Below are positions 52,715-61,391 of a DNA stretch of 64,000 nucleotides, one piece after another. The translations under genes and the position numbers were made by a program. The stretch comes from Acidimicrobiia bacterium. Lineage in GTDB: Bacteria; Actinomycetota; Acidimicrobiia; IMCC26256; DASPTH01. The number at the start of each line of letters is the position of its first letter. Position 1 is the first letter of the stretch. The notes under the pieces are model-generated. The model was given only the letters and a program-made list of their open reading frames with translations, was not told where the DNA came from and did not search any database. Where the stretch lies: the NCBI GenBank assembly GCA_040880805.1, contig JBBDHW010000060.1:655-64654 (forward strand). Direction: 5' to 3'.

Positions 52715-53496
52715 CGCGCCACGTAGCCGCCGTCTACCGGGAGAAGGACACCGGTGATGTTCCCCGAGCGATCGGACGCGAGGAACACCGCGGCCTCCGC
52801 GCAGTCCTCGGCGGTGATCGGCCTCCCGAGCGGGTGCATGGAACCGACGTGTTCCGCGATCTGCTCGATGCCGCCGGGAGGTGTCTCCATTCCCCCCGCC
52901 GCCGCGAAGTTCGTGTAGGGCATGGCCGCGGGGCAGATCGCGTTCACCCGGATGCCGAACGGTGCGCACTCGATCGCCACGGCTTTCGTGAGCTGGTGCA
53001 CGCCGCCCTTGGTCGCGCCGTACACGGTGCCGCCCCAGCCCACGAGACCGGCGATGGAACCGGTGTTGACGATCACGCCCCCGTCGCCCTGCTGCTTGAA
53101 CTGGATGACCGCGTGCTTGCACCCGAGGAACACGCCGCGGAGGTTCACCGCGATCAAGCGATCGAAGTCGTCGACGCTGTGCTCCTCGAAGCTCATCCCG
53201 AGTCGCGGGGTCGGGATACCGACGTTGTTGAAGACGACGTCGAGCCGTCCGAAGTGCTCGACCGCGGCGGCGATCATGTCGGCGACCTGATCGTCCTGTG
53301 AGACGTCACACTCCTGCGCGACGGCGGTGCCGCCGATCGCCTCGACTTGGCGCACCGTCTCCTTCGCCCAGTCGAGCTGGAGATCCGCGACGACAACGCG
53401 CGCGCCTTCCTCGGCGAAGCGCAGTGCCGACGCGCGCCCAACGCCGGATCCCGCCCCGGTGATCACCGCGGACTTGCCTTCGAGCAACATTTCCAT
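52711..53496 (-). CDS. SDR-family oxidoreductase.
   Basis: Motifs are KSAVITGAGSGVGRA, NNVG and YGATKGG. Confidence 0.9.
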   Translation of the reverse strand: MEMLLEGKSAVITGAGSGVGRASALRFAEEGARVVVADLQLDWAKETVRQVEAIGGTAVAQECDVSQDDQVADMIAAAVEHFGRLDVVFNNVGIPTPRLGMSFEEHSVDDFDRLIAVNLRGVFLGCKHAVIQFKQQGDGGVIVNTGSIAGLVGWGGTVYGATKGGVHQLTKAVAIECAPFGIRVNAICPAAMPYTNFAAAGGMETPPGGIEQIAEHVGSMHPLGRPITAEDCAEAAVFLASDRSGNITGVLLPVDGGYVAR

Positions 53497-53718
53497 TCAG
53501 CCCCGCTCTTCCTCGGACGTGAGACTCAGCGCGCCGGTCGGACACGCCTCGATTGCGATGCGGACCGCGTCGATCGCGTCCCCCATCGGGTCGATGACGA
53601 TCGCCTTCGTCGCTTCGTCGTGCGCGAACGTGCCCGGCGCGTAGACGATGCACATCCCGCTTCCCATGCAGAGCTCGCGATCGACGGCGATCTCCCGGGT
53701 GCGCTCCTGGTCAGGCAT
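53497..53718 (-). CDS. Small ferredoxin (P450-partner type).
   Basis: The 73-aa protein carries C.GSGMC......F and CPTGA. Its stop directly abuts the SDR start. Confidence 0.85.
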   Translation of the reverse strand: MPDQERTREIAVDRELCMGSGMCIVYAPGTFAHDEATKAIVIDPMGDAIDAVRIAIEACPTGALSLTSEEERG

Positions 53719-53760
53719 GGTCGACTCGCAGCAGCCCAGCGTGAATTCCGAGCGGCGGTG

Positions 53761-54954
53761 TCACGCGGGTGTGAAGACGAGCGGCAGTGGGTCGACGCAG
53801 CGGACGACAGCGGTGTTGAGGTAGCCGGGTGTTCGGTTCGGGTCGAGCCAATAGTCGGGGATGCGACGGTGCAGCGCCTCCAACGCGACGCGGAGTTCGA
53901 GTCGTGCCAGGTGGGAGCCGAGACACCGGTGGAAGCCGCTCGCGAAGGCGATGTGGCGGTTGTTGGGTCGCGCGAAGTCGACGCTGGTCGGCTCCGGGAA
54001 CGTGTCGGGGTCCATGTTGGCGGCGGCCCACACGACGCGCATCTCGTCCCCGGCCTTCACCTCGACACCGTCGATCTCGAAGTCGACGGTCGCGTGGCGG
54101 CTGCCGGCCACGACGGGTGTGTGTACGCGCATCAGCTCTTCGATCGCCGCCGGAAGCAGCGACGGATCAGCCACGAGGCGGTCACGTTCCGCCGGATGGC
54201 GGGCCAGCCAGTCGACCATGCACGAGAGTGACGCCGTGACGGTGTCGAGGCCGGCGAGCACGAGCAAAAACGTGATGTCGATGACGTCCTCGTGCGTCAG
54301 GCTGTGCCCGTCGACCTCAGCCGTGAGGAACCCGCCAATCAGGTCGTCCTGCTGCTCGCCGGACGCCTCGCGGCGATCGAGCTCGGCGTCGAGGTACTCG
54401 ATGAGCTTTGGCCCCGCCGCCGCAAGGTGCTCCTCGTCCGTCGGGCGGATGATGCCGTTCTTCACCCAGAGCAGGAACGGCACGTCGTCGAGCGGCAGGC
54501 CGAGCTGGCTCAGGAAGATCTGGCTGGGGAGCGGCTCGCAGAAGGCCGCGAAGAAGTCGACTTCTCCGTCGGCGGCGAACGCGTCGATCAGCCCCTCCGC
54601 GAGGTTCCGGATTACCGGTTCGAGGCGGGCGACCTGCTTGGGAGCGAACAGCGGGTCGAGCAGCTTGCGGTACTTGGTGTGTTGCTCTCCGTCGAGCATC
54701 AACGGGATCAGCGGCCGGCCGGCGCCCAAGGCCATCGACACGATCGCCACTGCGTCCGGATCAATCGAGTGGACGTCGCGGCGCTTGGTCACCGCGACGA
54801 CGTCCTCGAAGCGCGTCAGCTCCAAGGCGCCATCGCGCTTGGTGGCCGGTGTGCCATGGTGGATGGCGGCGACCCGCTCGTAGGTGTCGACCACGCCGTC
54901 GACGAATGCGCCGTCGCGGCCACCGTCGGCGACTGCACTCGCGGAGTCCGCCAT
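53761..54954 (-). CDS. Cytochrome P450.
   Basis: The haem loop is FASGFHRCLGSHLARLE, with AGLDTV and EELMRV. I chose the ATG at 54954 because the 55002 start would abut the divergent gene. Confidence 0.9.
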   Translation of the reverse strand: MADSASAVADGGRDGAFVDGVVDTYERVAAIHHGTPATKRDGALELTRFEDVVAVTKRRDVHSIDPDAVAIVSMALGAGRPLIPLMLDGEQHTKYRKLLDPLFAPKQVARLEPVIRNLAEGLIDAFAADGEVDFFAAFCEPLPSQIFLSQLGLPLDDVPFLLWVKNGIIRPTDEEHLAAAGPKLIEYLDAELDRREASGEQQDDLIGGFLTAEVDGHSLTHEDVIDITFLLVLAGLDTVTASLSCMVDWLARHPAERDRLVADPSLLPAAIEELMRVHTPVVAGSRHATVDFEIDGVEVKAGDEMRVVWAAANMDPDTFPEPTSVDFARPNNRHIAFASGFHRCLGSHLARLELRVALEALHRRIPDYWLDPNRTPGYLNTAVVRCVDPLPLVFTPA

Positions 54955-55004
54955 TACGCTGAAACTACACCGTTTCGCTTCGTTGCTCGTCGAGGGGAGC
55001 ACTT

Positions 55005-56027
55005 ATGCCTTCTGCACGTGATGCGAAAGAGTGGGCCGCCTCGGGTGGTCTCCATGGCATCGGCAACTCGCTGTACACGCCCTTCAGCGGCACCGACGGC
55101 GACGACATCGACTTCGCCGCCTACCGCGCGCTGGTTCGGTACTGCGTCGGTGATCTCGGGCACGCCATGCTCTGGCTCACGAGCGGGATCGCCGAGTGGT
55201 GGTCACTCACCATCGACGAACGGAAGCAGCTGCTCGAGGTGGCGGTGGAGGAGGCGCGCGCGATCGCGCCGGACACGGTGATCCAGGCGTGCACGAGCGC
55301 CACGTCGGCCAAGGACTGTCTCGAGTTGACCGAGCACGCCGAGTCCCACGGCGCCGACATCTGCTACCTGCAGACGCCGCCGATGGAGGTTCACGGGGGA
55401 GAGGGCGTGCTCCGCTTCTTCCAGTACGTCGCCGACCGCACCGACATCGCCCTCGGCCTGTTCAACTCGGGGTCGTCGGGCTACGCCCTCACCCCGGAAG
55501 AAGTCGCGCAGATCACGAACGAGATCCCGGCGGTGTGCGCGATGAAGGAAGGGATGATGGAACCTTGGCGGAGCAAGGCTGCGCATGCGCTCGCTCCCGA
55601 GCTCGTCATCTGGGAGTGCGACACCATCGTGTACAAGGCGGGATGGTTGCAGCAGGGGATCGTCGGGCCCGCGCAACTCGGCACCGCCGGCTACTTCTAC
55701 GAGACGCCCGAGAAGCCGATGCTCACCAACTACTGGACCATGGTCTGGGAGGGTCGACTCGCCGAAGCCATCGAGTACGCCCAGGAGACGGGCCTCGACC
55801 GCATCAGTGAGGAAGTGGGCGGGTGGTTCACCCGCTACCCCGGACGGCCCGACTACTTCACGCACTGGGGCGAAGGGTTCCGGTACGCGGCGTCCGTCAT
55901 CGGGCTCCCCGTTGGTGACTACCCGCACTCGCGCCCCCCGCAGGGCATCCTGCCCGAGGCCGCCAAGGAGCAGATCCGCAAGGCGTTCGAGAATGCGGGG
56001 TTCGCCAAGCAGCTCACCGACGCGTAG
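55005..56027 (+). CDS. DapA/DHDPS-family (class I aldolase-like) protein.
   Basis: It has a TIM-barrel-sized length and the sequence G..N.LYTPF..DG..IDF.AYR.LVRY resembles the dihydrodipicolinate-synthase family. GAGGGGA lies before the ATG. Confidence 0.6.
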   Translation: MPSARDAKEWAASGGLHGIGNSLYTPFSGTDGDDIDFAAYRALVRYCVGDLGHAMLWLTSGIAEWWSLTIDERKQLLEVAVEEARAIAPDTVIQACTSATSAKDCLELTEHAESHGADICYLQTPPMEVHGGEGVLRFFQYVADRTDIALGLFNSGSSGYALTPEEVAQITNEIPAVCAMKEGMMEPWRSKAAHALAPELVIWECDTIVYKAGWLQQGIVGPAQLGTAGYFYETPEKPMLTNYWTMVWEGRLAEAIEYAQETGLDRISEEVGGWFTRYPGRPDYFTHWGEGFRYAASVIGLPVGDYPHSRPPQGILPEAAKEQIRKAFENAGFAKQLTDA

Positions 56028-56034
56028 CGGCTCG

Positions 56035-58326
56035 GTGTCGGTGTTTGCGGACGTCCGCGTCCTCGACTTCTCGAACAACTGCGCGGCCGCAATGGCTGCC
56101 ATGCATCTCGGTGATCTTGGTGCCGAGGTGATCAAGGTCGATCCAGCGGCTCGAGCGCGCGGCCGCGACGAGCCGGGCTATCTGGCCTGGAATCGCAACA
56201 AGCGGCGTGTGGCGCTGGATCTGATGACGCCCGCGGATCTCGGTGTCGCAAAGCGCCTGGTTGCCGACGCGGACGTTGCGATGTTCGATGCGGCGCCGGG
56301 CGTGCTCGAGTCGCTCGGTCTCGACGGTGTCGCCTTGACGCGGCAGCACGAACGGCTGATCCACGCCTGGGCGCCGCCCTACGGCGAGACGGGCCGCTGG
56401 AGCGCGTTGCCCGCGTCACACAACGTGCTCACCGCGCTGACCGGAATATCGTCGGGACAAGCGTCGTATTCCGGCGCGCCCGTCCACCTCGTCGCGCCGC
56501 TGGCCTACTACGGCCAGGCCAATTGCATGGCTACCGCGATCGGCGCGGCATTGTTCGAACGCGTTCGCTCGGGACTCGGGCAAAGCGTCGTCGTCAGCGG
56601 GCTGCACGGCGCCGCGCAGGTCTTGCCGTCAACACGGTTCGAGCACGAGCAGACTTCGATCTGGAGAGCGCCCCTCGGCGGCGCGCCGAACTACCGCCTG
56701 TATCAATGCGCGGACGGTGAATGGTTCTTCCTCGGCGCGCTGTTCGAAGTCCTCTACGTGCGGGCTCTGGAGGCGACCGGCGTGCTCGCCGATGTGTTGT
56801 CGGATCCACAGTTCGCCGGCGATCTGAGCGCCGCGTTGGTCGCGCCGGGCGCCCAGGTCACGATGCGAAAGCTCGAAGCGGCGTTTCGCTCGAGGGCGCG
56901 CGCGGAGTGGCTCGCAGTTCTCGGTGCGGTCGACGTGCCGTGCGGACCGGTGCGCACACGCGAGGAGTGGTTTGCCGGCGAGACCATCGCCGCGAACGAC
57001 ATGCGCCTCGAACTGGAACATGCGGAGCTCGGCACGGTGGAGATGCCTGGCGTCTCGCTCCGGATGAGTGGGACCCCGGCGGTCACGCCGCGTCTCGCGG
57101 AAGACGTCCCGGTGTCACGGGTTGTGCCGCCCCATACGACTGCTGCACGTCAGGGAACGGTGCTTGACGAACCGCCGCTCGCGGGTGTGAAGGTGCTGGA
57201 TCTCGGCGCCGTGATCGCGGGCGCGTACGCCGGGACCATGTTGGCCTACTTCGGTGCCGATGTCGTGAAGATCGAGACGGCGAACGGGGATCCGTTTCGC
57301 TCGTACCGCTCGGGCTTCTGTGTCTACAACCGGGGAAAGCGGGGACTCGTCCTCGACCTGAAGCAACCCGACGCAAAGGAGGTGTTCCTCGAATTGGTCG
57401 CGCAGGCTGACGTCGTGCTCGACAACTCTCGACTCGGCGTGCGCGAACGGCTTGGGATCTCGTACGAGAGCTTGCGCGAGGTCAATCCGCGCATCATCTC
57501 GCTGTCGATCACTGGTTACGGCACGAACGGTCCACAAGCATCGATGCCCGGCTTTGATCCGCTCCTCCAGGCGCAGAGCGGCTTGATGCAAGCCCAGGGC
57601 GGCTACGGGGGCGAACCGGTTTTCCACGGCATCCCGGTGAACGATGTCGGCAGCGCCGCGATGTCGGCGTTCGCCATCGTCGGTGCGCTCTTCGCGCGTG
57701 CGCGAACCGGCGTGGGCCAGGACATCCAGACCAGCTTGGCGAGCCAGAGCGTGTTGCTGCAGATCGGCGCGCTCACCTCGTACCCCGGAGCACGCGAGCC
57801 GGCAATGGGCGCGCGCGACTGCATCGGTGCCAGCGCGCTCGAGCGCTACTACGAATGTGCCGACGGATGGATCGCCGTCGCGTGCGCCACGGCACCGCGT
57901 GCTGCGGCATTGTTCGATGCGCTCGGGTTGCGGGCCGAAGGTGCCGAGGGGGCGCTCGCCGAACCGCGCGAGGGTGGACTTGCGTCTCTGATCGCCGACG
58001 CGCTGAAGCCGCTGTCGGTCGACGATGCGCTCATGCGACTCAGTGACGCTGGCGCGTCGGCCGCTCCAGTCGTCACGGTCGACCAGACCTACACGGATGC
58101 GTTCCTCGAAGAGCACAACTACTACGACTCTTATGTCGACCCGACCTTCGGCCCCGGGCGCGGTATTGCCGGCTTCGCCAGGTTCGAGCGCACGAAGACG
58201 AGGTTTCGACGCGCGGCGCCGACCCTTGGTCAACACAGCATCGACGTGCTGCGCGAGTTCGGTGTCTCGCAAGCGCGCATCGATTCCTTGCTCCGATCGG
58301 GGGCTGTCGTCCAGGACATGCCATAG
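56035..58326 (+). CDS. Tandem-domain family III CoA-transferase (two CaiB/BaiF modules in one chain).
   Basis: Module 1 reads VRVLDFSNNCAAAMAAMHLGDLGAEVIKVDP...NRNKRRVALDL. Module 2 reads GVKVLDLGAVIAGAYAGTMLAYFGADVVKIE...NRGKRGLVLDL. The GTG start at 56035 or 56041 lies 8-14 nt after the upstream stop. Confidence 0.85.
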   Translation: MSVFADVRVLDFSNNCAAAMAAMHLGDLGAEVIKVDPAARARGRDEPGYLAWNRNKRRVALDLMTPADLGVAKRLVADADVAMFDAAPGVLESLGLDGVALTRQHERLIHAWAPPYGETGRWSALPASHNVLTALTGISSGQASYSGAPVHLVAPLAYYGQANCMATAIGAALFERVRSGLGQSVVVSGLHGAAQVLPSTRFEHEQTSIWRAPLGGAPNYRLYQCADGEWFFLGALFEVLYVRALEATGVLADVLSDPQFAGDLSAALVAPGAQVTMRKLEAAFRSRARAEWLAVLGAVDVPCGPVRTREEWFAGETIAANDMRLELEHAELGTVEMPGVSLRMSGTPAVTPRLAEDVPVSRVVPPHTTAARQGTVLDEPPLAGVKVLDLGAVIAGAYAGTMLAYFGADVVKIETANGDPFRSYRSGFCVYNRGKRGLVLDLKQPDAKEVFLELVAQADVVLDNSRLGVRERLGISYESLREVNPRIISLSITGYGTNGPQASMPGFDPLLQAQSGLMQAQGGYGGEPVFHGIPVNDVGSAAMSAFAIVGALFARARTGVGQDIQTSLASQSVLLQIGALTSYPGAREPAMGARDCIGASALERYYECADGWIAVACATAPRAAALFDALGLRAEGAEGALAEPREGGLASLIADALKPLSVDDALMRLSDAGASAAPVVTVDQTYTDAFLEEHNYYDSYVDPTFGPGRGIAGFARFERTKTRFRRAAPTLGQHSIDVLREFGVSQARIDSLLRSGAVVQDMP

Positions 58327-58335
58327 GAACTGCGC

Positions 58336-59316
58336 TTACGAGCCTGGTGTGATCCCGGTGATGTCGCTGAAGAGGGTGCGGAACGTGTCGCTGAACGTCG
58401 TGCGGCACGGACCGGTGATGGAGCGGCGTCGCGTCGGGTCGGCTCTCGCGCCGGCGGGGCTACCCAGTACGGGCTCGACGACGAGCTTCGCGTCGCGCCC
58501 GGACCATGCGGCCGCTTCCTGCATCCATTCCTGCACGGTTGTCACGTCATCTCCGCACCAGTTGGTGACGTGCGCAGGGGTGCTCGCCGCCTCCAGGAGC
58601 GGTTCGAGCATCCACTTCATGTCGTCGATGTGGATGGGTGAGTGTGGCGTCGGGTCCGACGGTGCGACCATCGCCCGGCCATTCATGACCGCGTCGATGT
58701 GCATCGCGGGGAACGAGCCGGGAAGGCCGGTGAGCGTGTTGAGTCGCGTGACGACGATCGGAAGGTCGAATGCCCGCGCGCAGAAGCGAGCAACGCTCTC
58801 GAGGCCGAGCTTGCACGCGGGACTCGTCGGCGCGTACGCCGTCGCGCCTCGACCGATCGGGTCGGCTTCGCTGTAGGCCCACCACGGATCGTCATTGGCC
58901 GAATAGATGCCCATCCCCGACATGACAAGCGCGGCCCTGGCCTTGCGGCAGTGTTGGAGCACAAAGCCGGCGCCCTCTACGTTGGCGCGGAACGCGTCGT
59001 CGAGGTGGACAAGGTCAGCGCGCAGCCAGGCCAGGTGCACGACGTACGTGAAGTCATCAGGCAGGTCACCGAACTCGCCCCCGGCAAGGTCGATCGCGCG
59101 CAACGTCACCCCGGCTGCCAACAGCTCCTCGCGCGTCGACTTCGCGCCGGTCGGCGATGGCGTCGCGACCGCGGTGTACGTCTCCTTGGCCCGGATGGCA
59201 GAGTCCGCGAAGCGCGCGATGCCCCACACCTCGTTCTCGCCCGCGAGATGGAGCGCGAGCGCGGTGCCAATCGTGCCCGTAACGCCCGTCACGAGGATGC
59301 GCTCGCCCGAGATCAC
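58336..59316 (-). CDS. NAD-dependent epimerase/dehydratase-family protein.
   Basis: It carries ILVTGVTGTIGTALALHL. The GTG at 59316 overlaps the sulfotransferase stop (GTGA). Confidence 0.8.
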   Translation of the reverse strand: MISGERILVTGVTGTIGTALALHLAGENEVWGIARFADSAIRAKETYTAVATPSPTGAKSTREELLAAGVTLRAIDLAGGEFGDLPDDFTYVVHLAWLRADLVHLDDAFRANVEGAGFVLQHCRKARAALVMSGMGIYSANDDPWWAYSEADPIGRGATAYAPTSPACKLGLESVARFCARAFDLPIVVTRLNTLTGLPGSFPAMHIDAVMNGRAMVAPSDPTPHSPIHIDDMKWMLEPLLEAASTPAHVTNWCGDDVTTVQEWMQEAAAWSGRDAKLVVEPVLGSPAGARADPTRRRSITGPCRTTFSDTFRTLFSDITGITPGS

Positions 59317-60443
59317 AGGTACCGGCGGGTGTAGAAGTCGAAGCGGGCGCGCAGTCGGTCCGGGTCGAGGCCGAAGTCGGCGGCCGTGTAGCGGTGCACG
59401 CCGTGCTGATCCTGCGGGTGCTCGTCGAGCCACCGTTGCACGGCCTGCCGCGATCCATCGTCGAACGCGAACCCGAGACCATCGCACAACATGGCAACCG
59501 TGCCGACGGGGTCGCCCATCAGCGACGGGTAGTCGACGTCGATGTTGCGGTCTTCCTTGCTGTCGCGATCACGCGTGGCGAGTCCGCGATGCAACGCCAG
59601 TTCCTCGATGACCACCCACTCGCGGGCGAAGCGCACGGGGTCGTAGTCGGGTGTGTTGGACTGCCGCATGAAGCCGGTGAGGCTCACTGCGGATGGCAAG
59701 ACGGCGGCCGGATCGCGATGCGTCCAGATCAGCACGGCATCGGGATATCTGGCGAGCAACGCGTCGAGCGACAGCAGGTGCTTCGGGTACTTGAGCACCC
59801 ATCGGCCGGGGTTGCGCGATTGCAGGTGCTGCAGCGTGCGGCGATGCGCCTCGTACGCAGCCGCGTAGTCGGCGTCGAGGAACCAGTCGCGGTATGAAGG
59901 AATGTCGTAGGACGCCATCCACGCCTGGTTGATGAAGGTCCAGTCGAACAGCCCGTTGCACTGCTCCGGCCGGGTTGCCGACATCGGGTGCCGAACCAGC
60001 ATCTCCGCGGGCATCTTGTCGATGCCTGCCTGGACCATGGCGATCCGCGGATCGGTGTCGTAGGTCGCCCGCTCCGGCGGCGGCGACGGTGCCGACATCT
60101 CCCAGGACCGGGGCGCCCGCACACCCTCGACACACGCAAGGAGCGCGTGGAGGTGCGTCGAGCCGGAGCGCGGCTGACCGACGATGAACACCGGTGCGGC
60201 GATCACCTCCTCCGCGATCTCGGGGTACTGCTTGCGGTCGTCGACGAGGGCCAGCCGCTTCGTGAGAATGCCCGTGAGCGTCCCCACGGCGCCGTCTTGT
60301 ACCGCGCCTTCGACGCGTGCGTCGCGGTTCAACGAGTCGACGAACGCGTCCAGCGCCTCGAGGAACGGCACGTCGCCGAAGTCGTCGAGGCCAGTGGCCG
60401 TCGTTGCCTGGTCGAGCAATTCGTCACGGACGATCACGTTCAC
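59313..60443 (-). CDS. Sulfotransferase-family protein (PAPS-dependent, Sulfotransfer_3-like).
   Basis: The 5'-PSB loop is VFIVGQPRSGSTHLHALL, and the sequence RWVLKYPKHL is also present. Length is about 376 aa. Confidence 0.75.
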   Translation of the reverse strand: MNVIVRDELLDQATTATGLDDFGDVPFLEALDAFVDSLNRDARVEGAVQDGAVGTLTGILTKRLALVDDRKQYPEIAEEVIAAPVFIVGQPRSGSTHLHALLACVEGVRAPRSWEMSAPSPPPERATYDTDPRIAMVQAGIDKMPAEMLVRHPMSATRPEQCNGLFDWTFINQAWMASYDIPSYRDWFLDADYAAAYEAHRRTLQHLQSRNPGRWVLKYPKHLLSLDALLARYPDAVLIWTHRDPAAVLPSAVSLTGFMRQSNTPDYDPVRFAREWVVIEELALHRGLATRDRDSKEDRNIDVDYPSLMGDPVGTVAMLCDGLGFAFDDGSRQAVQRWLDEHPQDQHGVHRYTAADFGLDPDRLRARFDFYTRRYL

Positions 60444-60464
60444 ACTCCACGATGCGCACCCCGG

Positions 60465-61277
60465 CTATTCACCGCGCAAGTTCTGAAAGTCCAGCTCCGG
60501 CAGTGCCTGGTGGCACAGCGCGCCGCCGTCGATCGTCAGCTCGATACCGGTCACGTACTTCGCCTCGTCGGATGCCAGGTAAACCACACCGGCCGCGATG
60601 TCGGCCGGCTCCCCGAGGCGCGGGACCATGATGTTCTTCTCGAACGCGGCGCGGTTCACAGGGTTGGCGAGGATCGCGGCCATCCCCGGTGTGCCCGTGT
60701 AGATGAACCCGACGATGATCGCGTTCGTGCGGATGTCGTCCTTGCCGTAGTCGGTCGCCATCTGGCGGGTCAACGCGTTGAGCGCGCCTTTCGACGCGTG
60801 ATACGCGGGCCGGTGGGGGAGCGCGGTCTTCGACGAGCTCGCCGAGATGTTGATGATCGATCCGTTGCCGGCTTTGCGCATCTCCGGGATCGCGTACTTC
60901 GATGCCCACACGCTGCCCATCAGCGCGATCCGCAAGATGTTGTCGAAGGTGTCGTTGTCGACGAGGTCGACATGACTGTCGTTTCCGCTCCCGACGTCGT
61001 CGGAGATCGCGTTGTTCACGAGCGTCGTCAAGGCGCCGAACCGCTCGACCGTCTGCGCGATGGCGCCCGCGACCTCCTCCTCGATGCCATTGTCCGCGCG
61101 GATGTACAGCACCTGGCCGCCCGCTTCCTTCACGCCGGCCTCCACCTCGTGGCCGTTCGCTTGGTTCCGGCCCGTGAACGCGACCGCGGCGCCTTCAGCG
61201 GCGAGCATCTCCACCACCCCCCGGCCGATGCCCCGAGTGCCACCGGTCACCAGCGCGACCTTGCCGTTGAGCCGCAT
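60465..61277 (-). CDS. SDR-family oxidoreductase.
   Basis: Motifs are KVALVTGGTRGIGRG, NNA and Y.ASKGAL. I chose the ATG at 61277. Confidence 0.9.
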   Translation of the reverse strand: MRLNGKVALVTGGTRGIGRGVVEMLAAEGAAVAFTGRNQANGHEVEAGVKEAGGQVLYIRADNGIEEEVAGAIAQTVERFGALTTLVNNAISDDVGSGNDSHVDLVDNDTFDNILRIALMGSVWASKYAIPEMRKAGNGSIINISASSSKTALPHRPAYHASKGALNALTRQMATDYGKDDIRTNAIIVGFIYTGTPGMAAILANPVNRAAFEKNIMVPRLGEPADIAAGVVYLASDEAKYVTGIELTIDGGALCHQALPELDFQNLRGE

Positions 61278-61391
61278 ACTCACCCTTTCGCCCCTTCGAA
61301 GGTCGTCCACTCTGTTCGTCAGGACCTTTGCACTCCGGGCAGCGTCGAGCAACGCGCGAGCCTGCCGAGGGTCTGGGTACGCTCTCGGCCG

